Part shown: piece after piece, positions 45,826-54,657 of the stretch | Layout of the letters: the number at the start of each line of letters is the position of its first letter | Numbering within the stretch: position 1 is the first letter of the stretch | Source: a candidate division FCPU426 bacterium | GTDB taxonomy: Bacteria > Oederibacteriota > Muellerivitia > Muellerivitales > Muellerivitaceae | Assembly: GCA_963719085.1 (NCBI GenBank) | Contig: CAVRAL010000005.1 | Location: 32,001 to 96,000 of the forward strand | Direction: 5' to 3' | DNA length: 64,000 nucleotides | Position numbers and translations under genes: made by a program | The notes under the pieces: model-generated | Told to the model about the DNA's origin: nothing | The model's input: the letters and a program-made list of their open reading frames with translations, nothing else | The model's database searches: none

Positions 45826-46248
45826 TCAGATTCTTAAGGTAAGAAACCGGCTCGGAACGGAAGGTGAAAATCGAGGAGAAGTTGACGAAAAAAAATTCTC
45901 TCTTATTCCCCAGGAAAATTCAGTCATTTTTCCCGAGGGCAAAAAAGAATGTACAAAAACATCATTTTGTTTCTTGTTGTCCAAAAAAGAGCAACGACAA
46001 GAATCAAGATGAACCTCCGAAGAGGGAGATAATCCATGGCTTGAGACGGGATGGCTCAAATTGGTTAAAAAAGAAATTTGCGAGGCATTCGTTATGCTCG
46101 GCCTCATTGAAAAAAGGAAAAACGCCATTACCAATACGAAATAGTTAAAGATTTTCAGCGAATGACGCATATGGGCATAAAACCTTATTAAAAATTTACG
46201 GTTGAGGCCACTGGAGATTAGACGGTTTAATATTCTCTCAAGTTTCAC
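45826..46248 (-). CDS. Small hypothetical ORF ending FLTLRI, possible leader
   Basis: Hydrophobic N-terminal part, His/CxC middle, Pro/Ser-rich tail; start uncertain. Confidence 0.4.
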   Translation of the reverse strand: MKLERILNRLISSGLNRKFLIRFYAHMRHSLKIFNYFVLVMAFFLFSMRPSITNASQISFLTNLSHPVSSHGLSPSSEVHLDSCRCSFLDNKKQNDVFVHSFLPSGKMTEFSWGIRENFFSSTSPRFSPSVPSRFLTLRI

Positions 46249-46269
46249 AATAAATTACCCGCCAAACAC

Positions 46270-46809
46270 TCAAACACATAAGTGACTAACCATCAAACCT
46301 ACCTGCGCGCTGAGCAGTCCCAGAATCATTCCGGCCAAGACATCGGTCGGGTAATGAACACCCAAATAAACCCTGGAAAAGCCGACTAAAAAGGCCCAGA
46401 GCATCGCGGGCAAAGCCAGGATGGGAAAAGCCGTCATGGCGATGGAAGCCATGAGAAAAGCCGCGGCGGTATGGCCTGAGGGAAAACTAAACTCATCCGG
46501 CGGGGCGATTAAAAACCGGACACCCTCGAGCGTTTTAAAGGGACGGGGGCGGCGGATTCCTTTTTTCAAAAGGTAATAAAGGCTTAACTCCAGACTAAAA
46601 GCAGCCAAACCCGCTAAAAGAAACGGGAGCGTCACCGAAGGTTTGATCGCCAGACCCAAGAGGGCCAGAAGCGCGCAAGAAAAACCATCGGCGCTCTTGG
46701 AAAGGCCGTAAAAAAAACGCTTCAATGTTTTCCGATCCATTTGGCCGAAAATCCATTGAAACACTTGGGTATCCCAAGCCGTCATTTGTTGAATCCAAAT
46801 CCGAACCAT
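46270..46809 (-). CDS. PAP2 family phosphatase
   Basis: K..IRRPRP, SFPSGH, SRVYLGVHYPTD. Confidence 0.92.
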   Translation of the reverse strand: MVRIWIQQMTAWDTQVFQWIFGQMDRKTLKRFFYGLSKSADGFSCALLALLGLAIKPSVTLPFLLAGLAAFSLELSLYYLLKKGIRRPRPFKTLEGVRFLIAPPDEFSFPSGHTAAAFLMASIAMTAFPILALPAMLWAFLVGFSRVYLGVHYPTDVLAGMILGLLSAQVGLMVSHLCV

Positions 46810-46995
46810 AACGATTCCCTTTTCCCCGATGAAATACGGGCTTTCGACGGGGTAAGTGTAGAATTCGCGTGTTTCGGGCTTGTAAAAAGCTCATCAAAAG
46901 GCCGGAAACTTATCCACATTTTCATCAACCCAAAATCTCTATATTTTCGGGGCAAAGTCCTGTTAAAAAACCCCCAAAAACGGTGGTTTTAAGGC

Positions 46996-47012
46996 TTTAC
47001 AGTGAATTAACA
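46996..47012 (+). promoter_or_regulatory. Putative Pho box upstream of ppx
   Basis: TTTACA-N5-TTAACA. Confidence 0.65.
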
Positions 47013-47101
47013 TAGAAACTTCGAAAATCCTCTTATATATCAGGTTCATTCGCGGGATTTTTCCGCGTTTTTAATGAATCACTCTTATTCGAAGGACTGC
47101 C

Positions 47102-48613
47102 ATGCCGACCTTAGGTTCTATTGACGTCGGATCCAACGCCATGCGTTTGGCCGTTGGGTTCGTGGACCGAAACCGCAACCTTCATGTCGTGGAGGATATC
47201 CGCGAGCCGGTTCGTTTGGGACAAGACGTTTTCACCAAAGGTTCCATCAGCCGGGAAACCACCCAAAAAGCCGTGGAAGCTTTCAAACGTTTCCGGGAAG
47301 TGCTCGAACAGCACCAGGTCGTCCAGGTTCGGGCCGTCGGAACCAGCGCCCTGCGGGAAGCCCGCAACCGGGATATTTTCCTCAAAAAAATAGCGCAAAC
47401 CAGCGGCCTAGAGCTCAAGACCATCGGGTCCGAGGAAGAAGCCCTCTTGGTTTACCTGGCTGTCTCCAAAAAAATAGCCCTCGAGGACAAGACCGCCATG
47501 CTGATTGATATCGGCGGCGGCAGCGTGGAAGTGACCCTGGCCCGCAACGCCAAGATTTTGGCCACCGAAAGCTTCAAAATGGGCGCGGTGCGCCTGATGC
47601 AGGTTTTGGAACAAAAAACCTACGGCGAAAAAAAATTCAACCTGATGCTCCAAGAATACGTGGAAGCCGCGCGCAAACGGTTCAATCAAAAATTGGCGGG
47701 GCAAAAAGCGGAAATCTGCGTGGGCACCGGCGGCAACGTGGACGCCCTCTCGGATTTAAAGGGCCAGCTTTTGCGCTCCACCGACACCGGCTTCGTCACC
47801 CAAAAGGAATTGGATCTTTTAATCGCCAAGCTTCGCAAACTTTCCTATGAAGACCGCATCCTGAAGCTACGCCTGCGTCCGGACCGCGCGGACGTCATTT
47901 TACCCGCAGCCATCGTGCTTCGGGAAATTATGAAGGTCGGCAAAGCCACCCGGGTCTACATTCCCCATGTGGGCTTGAAGGAAGGCATCCTGATCGACAT
48001 GGTGTCCGAGCTTCTAAGCGGCAAGCCTCCCCTGCACCGGGACGAGGTATTGGCCGCCGCCAAGTTGCTGGGACAGAAATACCAATACGACGAACCGCAC
48101 GCCCAGCAAGTGGCCAAACTGTCCGTTGAGTTGTTCGACAAAACCAAAAAACTCCACCGCCTGGGCGACGACAACCGTTTGCTTTTGGAAGCCGCCGCCT
48201 ATGTGCATGACATCGGCCAATTCGTCAATTACGCCGCCCATCACAAACATTCCTATTACCTGATCCGTTCCTCACAAATCATGGGGCTCAACGACCATCA
48301 GCTGGAACTGGTGGCCAATATCGCCCGCTACCACCGCAAAGCCGTACCCCTTTTAAAACATGAGTCTTACCGCGCGCTGGAACCCAAAGACCGGGTCCTG
48401 GTCGCCAAGCTCGCTTCCCTTTTGCGCGTCGCCGACGCCATGGACCACGAGCACGCGTCCAAAGTCCAAGGCTTTAAAGTGCAGTATAAACGGCCCCATT
48501 TTTCCGTGACCCTGCGCGGGCATGACGATCTTCTTCTAGAAAAATGGTCCTTGCTAAAAAAATCCGATTTGTTCCAAAAGACTTTCAAGCTTAAATTTTC
48601 AGTAAGAAGCTGA
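47102..48613 (+). CDS. ppx: Exopolyphosphatase Ppx/GppA with HD domain
   Basis: IDVGSNA, TSALREA, DIGGGSVE, RADVI, HDIG, HHKHS. Confidence 0.95.
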   Translation: MPTLGSIDVGSNAMRLAVGFVDRNRNLHVVEDIREPVRLGQDVFTKGSISRETTQKAVEAFKRFREVLEQHQVVQVRAVGTSALREARNRDIFLKKIAQTSGLELKTIGSEEEALLVYLAVSKKIALEDKTAMLIDIGGGSVEVTLARNAKILATESFKMGAVRLMQVLEQKTYGEKKFNLMLQEYVEAARKRFNQKLAGQKAEICVGTGGNVDALSDLKGQLLRSTDTGFVTQKELDLLIAKLRKLSYEDRILKLRLRPDRADVILPAAIVLREIMKVGKATRVYIPHVGLKEGILIDMVSELLSGKPPLHRDEVLAAAKLLGQKYQYDEPHAQQVAKLSVELFDKTKKLHRLGDDNRLLLEAAAYVHDIGQFVNYAAHHKHSYYLIRSSQIMGLNDHQLELVANIARYHRKAVPLLKHESYRALEPKDRVLVAKLASLLRVADAMDHEHASKVQGFKVQYKRPHFSVTLRGHDDLLLEKWSLLKKSDLFQKTFKLKFSVRS

Positions 48614-48620
48614 GGCATTC

Positions 48621-49053
48621 AACAATGATGGACGCAGATGAACGCGGATGAGAACTATGGAAATAAATGAAATAACGGAAAAGACGATTGGAGCCGCCTA
48701 TAAAGTGAGCAACGCCTTGGGAGCGGGGTTTTTGGAAAAGGTTTACGAAAACGCCCTTTTCCTTGAATTACAAAAAATTGGTTTGAAAGTTAACCGGCAG
48801 CATCCGATTGTCGTCCGATACGAAGCTAATATTGTCGGGGAATATTTCGCGGATTTGCTAGTCGAGGATAAGGTCCTTATCGAACTAAAGACGGTCGAAA
48901 GTCTCTCGTCTATTCATTCAGCACAATGTTTAAATTATTTGAAAGCAACCGGTTTTAATGTGTGTCTTCTAATGAATTTTGCGGAAAGAAAATTGAAAAT
49001 AAAACGTTTAGTGAATCATTTTTAATCTGCGTTCATCTGCGTTCATCATTGTT
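48621..49053 (+). mobile_element. 29-bp inverted-repeat cassette enclosing the GxxExxY gene
   Basis: aacaatgatggacgcagatgaacgcggat (48621-48649) pairs with atctgcgttcatctgcgttcatcattgtt (49025-49053). Confidence 0.75.
48648..49025 (+). CDS. GxxExxY protein (PD-(D/E)XK nuclease-like fold)
   Basis: LGAGFLEKVYENAL, ADLLVEDKVLIELK, Q.LNYLKA; more AT-rich than its neighbours. Confidence 0.93.
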   Translation: MRTMEINEITEKTIGAAYKVSNALGAGFLEKVYENALFLELQKIGLKVNRQHPIVVRYEANIVGEYFADLLVEDKVLIELKTVESLSSIHSAQCLNYLKATGFNVCLLMNFAERKLKIKRLVNHF

Positions 49054-49073
49054 AATTGAAGGAGTGTTTTATT

Positions 49074-49772
49074 ATGGTCACAAAAGCGAAGCCCAAAGAA
49101 ATTGAAGGCAAGTTGATCGCGGTGGAAGGCCTGGACGGCTCGGGTAAATCCACCCAAATCCGCCTTTTGAAGCGTTGGCTGGAATTGGAAGGCTATAAGG
49201 TTTTTTTCACCGAGTGGAATTCCTCCGAGTTGGTGAAAAAAGCCACCCGTAAGGGGAAAAAGAAAAAACTTTTGACGCCCACCACCTTTTCCTTGATCCA
49301 TTGCACCGATTTCGCCGACCGTTACGAAAGACAAATTTTACCCCTGCTGAAGGGCGGCTATATTGTTTTGGCCGACCGCTATGTCTACACCGCCTTCGCC
49401 CGAGACGCGGTGCGCGGCTGCGATAAGGATTGGCTGCGGAAGCTCTATCGTTTCGCCCGCAAACCCGACATCACCTTCTTTTTCGAGGTTCCCCTGGACG
49501 TCGCCCTGGGCCGCATTTTGGACGGACGGCCGGCCTTGAAATACCACGAAGCCGGTATGGACATGGGCTTTTCCAAGGACCCTTATGAATCCTTTAAAAT
49601 TTTCCAGGGCAAGATTTATGAGGAATACGGGCGCATCTTCAAGGAATTCCCGGCTGAAAAAGTGAACGCCACCGAGCCTTCCGAAATCCAACAGGCCAAG
49701 ATGCGGGACATCGTCAAAAAACGAATCGACCTAAAATCCTTTAAATTGAAGACCCAGGGAGCGCGCGTATGA
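49074..49772 (+). CDS. Thymidylate-kinase-fold protein 1 (candidate polyphosphate kinase subunit)
   Basis: EGLDGSGKST, ADRY; ggag RBS. Confidence 0.85.
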   Translation: MVTKAKPKEIEGKLIAVEGLDGSGKSTQIRLLKRWLELEGYKVFFTEWNSSELVKKATRKGKKKKLLTPTTFSLIHCTDFADRYERQILPLLKGGYIVLADRYVYTAFARDAVRGCDKDWLRKLYRFARKPDITFFFEVPLDVALGRILDGRPALKYHEAGMDMGFSKDPYESFKIFQGKIYEEYGRIFKEFPAEKVNATEPSEIQQAKMRDIVKKRIDLKSFKLKTQGARV

Positions 49773-50557
49773 GATCCAAACGTTTTTACGGCAAAGGATT
49801 GCCGAATGTGGACCCGAGCCAGCTGAAAGGAACCCTGATTGTGCTGGAAGGATCCGATGGCAGCGGCCGCTCCACCCAAATCGGGCTTCTTCAAAATTGG
49901 CTGGAACGCCGGGGATTCCCCACGGTCGTCGTCGGGCTGAAGCGCTCCGAGTTGGTGGGGGAAGCCCTCGCCGAGGCCATGCGGGGAAACACGCTGAACG
50001 CCATCACCTTGAATCTTTTTTACGCCACCGATTTCGCCGACCAGTTGGAGCGGGTGCTTTTACCGGCCTTGAAATCAGGTTTCGTGGTTTTGGCCGACCG
50101 CTATATCTATACCTTAATGGCCCGGGACATTGTGCGCGGGTCATCTTTGGAATGGCTGAAAGAAATCTACGGCATCGCCCTGGTGCCGGACGCGGTTTTT
50201 TACTTGAACGTCAGCCCCAAGCTTTTGGCCGAACGCAATTTCCGCAAACGGGGATTTTTGGACTATTGGGAATCGGGAATGGACATCCAGCGGGTGGGCG
50301 GCATGTACGATAATTTCATAAAGTACCAGTCCAAGCTGCACCGCATCTTCGAGACGCTTCAAAAAGAATACGCTTTTACCACCATCCAAGGCGGCCGGTC
50401 CGTCCGGGCCGTCTTCAAAGAAATTAAAACCAAGGTGGAAAAGATATTGACCGCTTCCTCCGCGGCGGAAAAGTCGGCCATGGCCTTGGAAATCTCAGCC
50501 GTCACCGTGGAGCCGACCGAGCACCCCTCCGAAAGCGACGACTCCACAGCCAAATAA
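49769..50557 (+). CDS. Thymidylate-kinase-fold protein 2 with a variant P-loop
   Basis: EGSDGSGRST (K replaced by R), ADRY; ATGA overlap with the upstream paralog. Confidence 0.85.
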   Translation: MRSKRFYGKGLPNVDPSQLKGTLIVLEGSDGSGRSTQIGLLQNWLERRGFPTVVVGLKRSELVGEALAEAMRGNTLNAITLNLFYATDFADQLERVLLPALKSGFVVLADRYIYTLMARDIVRGSSLEWLKEIYGIALVPDAVFYLNVSPKLLAERNFRKRGFLDYWESGMDIQRVGGMYDNFIKYQSKLHRIFETLQKEYAFTTIQGGRSVRAVFKEIKTKVEKILTASSAAEKSAMALEISAVTVEPTEHPSESDDSTAK

Positions 50558-50581
50558 CGGACAAGACTCAAAAAGGCGTTT

Positions 50582-50665
50582 ACCACGAAGTTACGCGGAG
50601 TGAACCGAGTCAGGCCTTCGACATAATTGTTTTTTAACTCCGCGTAACTCGGTTAACTCCGTGGT
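50582..50665. repeat. Second-family (GAGT-unit) palindrome between convergent genes
   Basis: accacgaagttacgcggagtgaaccgagt ... actccgcgtaactcggttaactccgtggt. Confidence 0.75.
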
Positions 50666-50683
50666 TCAATCGATTTAAGGTCC

Positions 50684-52003
50684 TTAAGCTTCATTCACGG
50701 CGGGCAGGACGATTCTAAAAACGCTTCCTTTTCCCACCTCGCTGGCCAAATGAATCTCGCCGCCCATGCGGTCCACCAAATGCTTGACGATTGAGAGTCC
50801 CAGCCCCGTTCCCCCCGCCTCGCGGTTGCGGGCGGCGTCCACCCTGAAAAAACGCTCAAAAACACGGCCCTGGGCCTCCGCCGGAATCCCCGGCCCCTCG
50901 TCTTCCACCGACAATTCCACGCGTCCATCGGCCAAGATGCGCGAGCGGATAAAAACCTTGCTTTTAGCCGGCGAATATTTGATCGCGTTGTCCAATAAAT
51001 TTTCCATCACATGAAAAATCCCCTCTTTTTGCGTAAGGGCCTTGCGTCCCGCCGGGATTTCTTGAAGCACCTGGATTCGCCGCGCCTCCCACTTGGCTTT
51101 TAATAATTCAACGGCTTGTTGAGCGACTTCGGACAGATCCACCGGTTCCACCGCTTCCAGGTAAGCCCCGCTCTCAATGGCAGAAAGTTGGAGCACGTCG
51201 GCGATCAAAGCGTGAAGGCGCTGGGCCTGTCCCGAAATTTTTTCCAAGAATTGAACCCGGTTTTTTTTATCATCAATGGCGCCTTCCAGCAGGGTTTCCA
51301 CATAGCCCAGGATGGCGGTTAAAGGCGTCTTTAGCTCATGGGAAACATTGGCGGCAAAATCGGTGCGCATGCGCATTAGTTTTTTGAGGGAACTGATATC
51401 GGAAAAAACCATGATTTGGCCCAACAAATGGCCCCGCTCCACCCGGATGGCGGCCACGCTGACTGCGAAGGTCCGCTCATCCTTACTGGAAAACTCAATT
51501 TCCGCGCTGGCCGGGTCCCCCTCGGTCCTCGCCCGGGTTAAAAGATCGGACAAAACCGGGTGCCGGACAACTTCCAAATAATTCTTTCCCATGGCTTCTT
51601 TTTCAGAGGTTCCCAGGATTTTTTCAGCCGAGGGGTTCATCAAAACAACCCGGTTCGCCTGGTTTAAAAGAAGAACACCCTCTCCCATGCTGTTGAGGAT
51701 GACATTGAGCATGGATTCGTTGGAACCCAGCCGCTGGAGCATCTCGTCAAAATTGCGTCCCGGGATAAAAATATCCCTTTCGCTCGGCTCCACGGCAGGC
51801 GGGGGGGCCTGCGGCGGGGCGGACGACAGTTCCGGCGGATCCGAGGAGAAGGGATAAAAGACATAAAGGAGAAACGCGGCCAGGAATCCCGCCGCGAAGG
51901 CGAAAAACAGTTTGCTTTCGCCCGCGCGGAAAGCGGCGATGGAAAAAATGATTAAAACACCCATCAGTCCGGCCCATAGCAACAGATGCTGAGGCCTTTT
52001 CAT
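50684..52003 (-). CDS. phoR: PAS-domain sensor histidine kinase PhoR
   Basis: Two TMs, PAS, NVSHELKTPL, NAIKY, GGTGLGL; phosphate-cluster context. Confidence 0.88.
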   Translation of the reverse strand: MKRPQHLLLWAGLMGVLIIFSIAAFRAGESKLFFAFAAGFLAAFLLYVFYPFSSDPPELSSAPPQAPPPAVEPSERDIFIPGRNFDEMLQRLGSNESMLNVILNSMGEGVLLLNQANRVVLMNPSAEKILGTSEKEAMGKNYLEVVRHPVLSDLLTRARTEGDPASAEIEFSSKDERTFAVSVAAIRVERGHLLGQIMVFSDISSLKKLMRMRTDFAANVSHELKTPLTAILGYVETLLEGAIDDKKNRVQFLEKISGQAQRLHALIADVLQLSAIESGAYLEAVEPVDLSEVAQQAVELLKAKWEARRIQVLQEIPAGRKALTQKEGIFHVMENLLDNAIKYSPAKSKVFIRSRILADGRVELSVEDEGPGIPAEAQGRVFERFFRVDAARNREAGGTGLGLSIVKHLVDRMGGEIHLASEVGKGSVFRIVLPAVNEA

Positions 52004-52042
52004 GGCGCCGTCCTTGGTTTAAATGGAATAAGCGAAGGGAAA

Positions 52043-52726
52043 TTACTTCTCGTCTTTGAAAAGGTAGCCGTAACCCTTGACCGTATGGATGTATTTTTGA
52101 TAGGTCCCCAACTTTTCCCGGAGCCGGCGGACATGGACATCCACCGTTCGGGTGGTCCCAAAATAATCATACCCCCAAACATTGTTCAGGAGAATATCCC
52201 GGGAAAGAACCCGGTCCGAGTGGGTTAAAAAATAATCCAAAAGCTCGAATTCCTTGGCGGTCAGGTCCAGGCCCTGGTTTTTCAGGGTGACCTCGTGTTT
52301 TTGGCGGTTCAGGACCAGATCCTTGAACTTTTGAAGCGGTTCTCCTTCCTGCGCTTTATCAAAGCGGCGCAAAACCGCCCGAACCCGGGCCAGGAGCTCT
52401 TTCACGGAAAAGGGCTTGGTAATGTAATCATCCGCGCCTAATTCCAGCCCAACGATCTTATCCGATTCCTCTCCCTTGGCGGTCAACATGACCACGGGGA
52501 TATGGGCGGTTTTGGGATTTGATTTTAAGGTCTTGCAGACGGTCAATCCATCCGTCTTGGGCAGCATCAGGTCCAAAAGAACCAAGTCCGGCATCTTGTC
52601 CGGGATTTTCTTGAGAGCCGTTTCCCCGTCCATCTCGCTTAAAACCCGGTATCCGTCTTTTTCCAGGTTATAGGTTAAAAGCTCCACCAGGTCTTTTTCG
52701 TCTTCCACCACAAAAATTTGTTTCAT
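52043..52726 (-). CDS. phoB: OmpR/PhoB family response regulator
   Basis: Receiver DLMLP, GADDY, TRTVDVHVRRLR; upstream of phoR. Confidence 0.88.
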   Translation of the reverse strand: MKQIFVVEDEKDLVELLTYNLEKDGYRVLSEMDGETALKKIPDKMPDLVLLDLMLPKTDGLTVCKTLKSNPKTAHIPVVMLTAKGEESDKIVGLELGADDYITKPFSVKELLARVRAVLRRFDKAQEGEPLQKFKDLVLNRQKHEVTLKNQGLDLTAKEFELLDYFLTHSDRVLSRDILLNNVWGYDYFGTTRTVDVHVRRLREKLGTYQKYIHTVKGYGYLFKDEK

Positions 52727-52788
52727 GTTGTTTACCGATTTTCCTTCCCGGACACCCGGGCCGCTTTTGCGCTTCTTATTTTCGAGGG

Positions 52789-52831
52789 ATTATAACCAAG
52801 CCTCCCCCGGATCATGTTAAAAGCTTGTAAA
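52789..52831 (-). promoter_or_regulatory. Putative Pho box (52815-52831) and -10 TATAAT (52789-52794) of phoBR
   Basis: TTTACA-N5-TTAACA 20 bp upstream of TATAAT. Confidence 0.65.
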
Positions 52832-53027
52832 ACCCCGCGGAGGCCCAATCATAAAATAGGCAATTTAGGCCGTTTTTTTCAGCCTGAACTCTCGTTTTTA
52901 TCCGTCGGGCAGGTCTCGTCATTTGTCTTTTCAAATTAACTTTTAATTAACCCCTGCTTTAAAACCCGGACCCGCCGCGGCCCTATTTTGGCGCTCATCA
53001 AAAATAAAGAGCGAAAAAGGAACCCCA

Positions 53028-53426
53028 ATGTTCAAAGTCATGGTCATCGACGAGGATGTGCGTCAAATCCGGGAAATCACCGATGAGATCGGTTTGCACT
53101 ACGCGTTATTAAATTGCAGCCGGGGAATGAAGGCGTTGGAATTGTTGAAAGCCTTTCAACCCGACGCCGTGATCCTGGATCCCGCGACCCCGGATCTGAA
53201 CGTCCAAGAACTGATTACGGAAGCCCGGCGCCTGCCCGGAACCTCCCGCACCCCGATCCTGCTTCTCACCCAGTTCACCACCATCCGGCACATTGAGAAA
53301 AGCTTCGATTGGGGCGTGGACTTTGTTTTCTCGAAACCTTGCTCCACCGACCGCATTGGCCGCAAATTGGCCGAATGCCTGGAAAAAGCCCACCGATACC
53401 GCCATAGCCAGCTCGTGGAACTCTGA
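53028..53426 (+). CDS. Single-domain response regulator
   Basis: VIDED, ILD, LLT, SKP receiver motifs; TTAACT-N5-TTAACC upstream at 52936-52952. Confidence 0.85.
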   Translation: MFKVMVIDEDVRQIREITDEIGLHYALLNCSRGMKALELLKAFQPDAVILDPATPDLNVQELITEARRLPGTSRTPILLLTQFTTIRHIEKSFDWGVDFVFSKPCSTDRIGRKLAECLEKAHRYRHSQLVEL

Positions 53427-53636
53427 AAGCGACGGCAAATTCTATTTAACATTGATAAATGCTGATGAAGACTGATGTGTGAAACACAAAAAATCGGGCC
53501 CTATCAGCCTCCGCATCGCTTCCCCATATAGAAGTTAGGGGAGAGCGACATTGTCCCGGGCATCCTCGACTTCGATATAGAGCCCCGGGGCATCAATGTT
53601 TCAATATGTCTTGCTTTGCGAAGTCAATGATTCCGT
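53417..53636 (+). repeat. Fully nested copy: outer unit, GAT-decamer palindrome (53445-53604), 79-bp insert (53512-53590)
   Basis: Right flank is a reverse-complement homolog of the left flanks at 30971 and 36894. Confidence 0.88.
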
Positions 53637-53777
53637 AAATATTTATCTGCGTAAATCTGCGTCTATCACTGCTAATTGCCCTGGTTGGAGACCCCAGCCC
53701 TGGGGTATTTGTTACTGGAACGTAACAGGGCGTTTCACGATGCCTTACAAGCAAATCTTAGACTCATCCCCGACAAC

Positions 53778-54482
53778 ATGAAAAAAGCCGACCTCCACCT
53801 TCACACGGATTTCTCCGACGGGCTCCACAGCCCCCGGGAAATGGTTCAAGCGGCCTCCCGGGCCGGACTTGAGTTTATGGCGGTGACGGATCATGACACC
53901 ATGGAAGGGGCTTTCCGGGCCCAGGAATACGCCAAGCGCCGGCCGGACTTAAAAGTCGAAGTGATCTTGGGCGAGGAAATCAGCACGCTCAACGGCCATG
54001 TGGTCGGTTTATTTTTGAAAAGTTTCATCCCGCCCCGCCTCAGCGCCAAAAGAACCGTTGAGTTGATCCACGCCCAAGGCGGCGTGGCGGTCTTAGCCCA
54101 CCCTTTTCATCTATACACCGGCAAGTACCCGGGCCACGAAAGGGCCGTCGATATCCTGCCGGACATTCACTTTGACGGCATTGAAACCGTCAACCACGGC
54201 GACGCGCTTTCTTTTTGGAGCAACCGCAAGGCCGAGAAGGTGATGACTCAATCCCGGTTATCGAATATCGGCTGCAGCGACGCCCACAGTTCCCGCTTCA
54301 TCGGAATGGGCTATACCGAGTTTGCCGGTTCCACCCAGCAAGACTTAAGGCAAGCCATCCTCGATCAAACCACCCAAGCCCGTTACGCCCGGTCCTGGAA
54401 GCTGAATGACATCCTGGTTCATTTGCGAAACGCGGCGCCCGTACTTTCCCGCTACTCGAAAGTCCTTGAAACCCAAGCCTAA
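53778..54482 (+). CDS. PHP-domain phosphoesterase (frame open from 53676)
   Basis: DLHLHT..SDG, TDHD, GEE, AHPF, SDAH. Confidence 0.9.
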   Translation: MKKADLHLHTDFSDGLHSPREMVQAASRAGLEFMAVTDHDTMEGAFRAQEYAKRRPDLKVEVILGEEISTLNGHVVGLFLKSFIPPRLSAKRTVELIHAQGGVAVLAHPFHLYTGKYPGHERAVDILPDIHFDGIETVNHGDALSFWSNRKAEKVMTQSRLSNIGCSDAHSSRFIGMGYTEFAGSTQQDLRQAILDQTTQARYARSWKLNDILVHLRNAAPVLSRYSKVLETQA

Positions 54483-54496
54483 CCCCCCCAAACCAA

Positions 54497-54641
54497 TTTA
54501 CAATGATGAACGCTGATAAATCCAGAACCTCTGTTTTAGTCATCTGCGTCCGCGTCGCTTCTCCACATAACAGTTAGAGGAGGGCGACATTGTCCCGGGC
54601 ATCCATGACTGCAATAGGGTGCCCCGGGACATCATTGTAAA
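54497..54641 (+). repeat. GAT-decamer palindrome carrying the 79-bp insert (54551-54629)
   Basis: tttacaatgat...atcattgtaaa termini; lies between convergent genes. Confidence 0.88.
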
Positions 54642-54657
54642 ATTATTCGTTTTGTCT

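Noticed and set aside
49074..50557. Assigning gene symbol tmk
   Set aside because: Paired paralogs, a variant P-loop and ppx context argue against the housekeeping enzyme.
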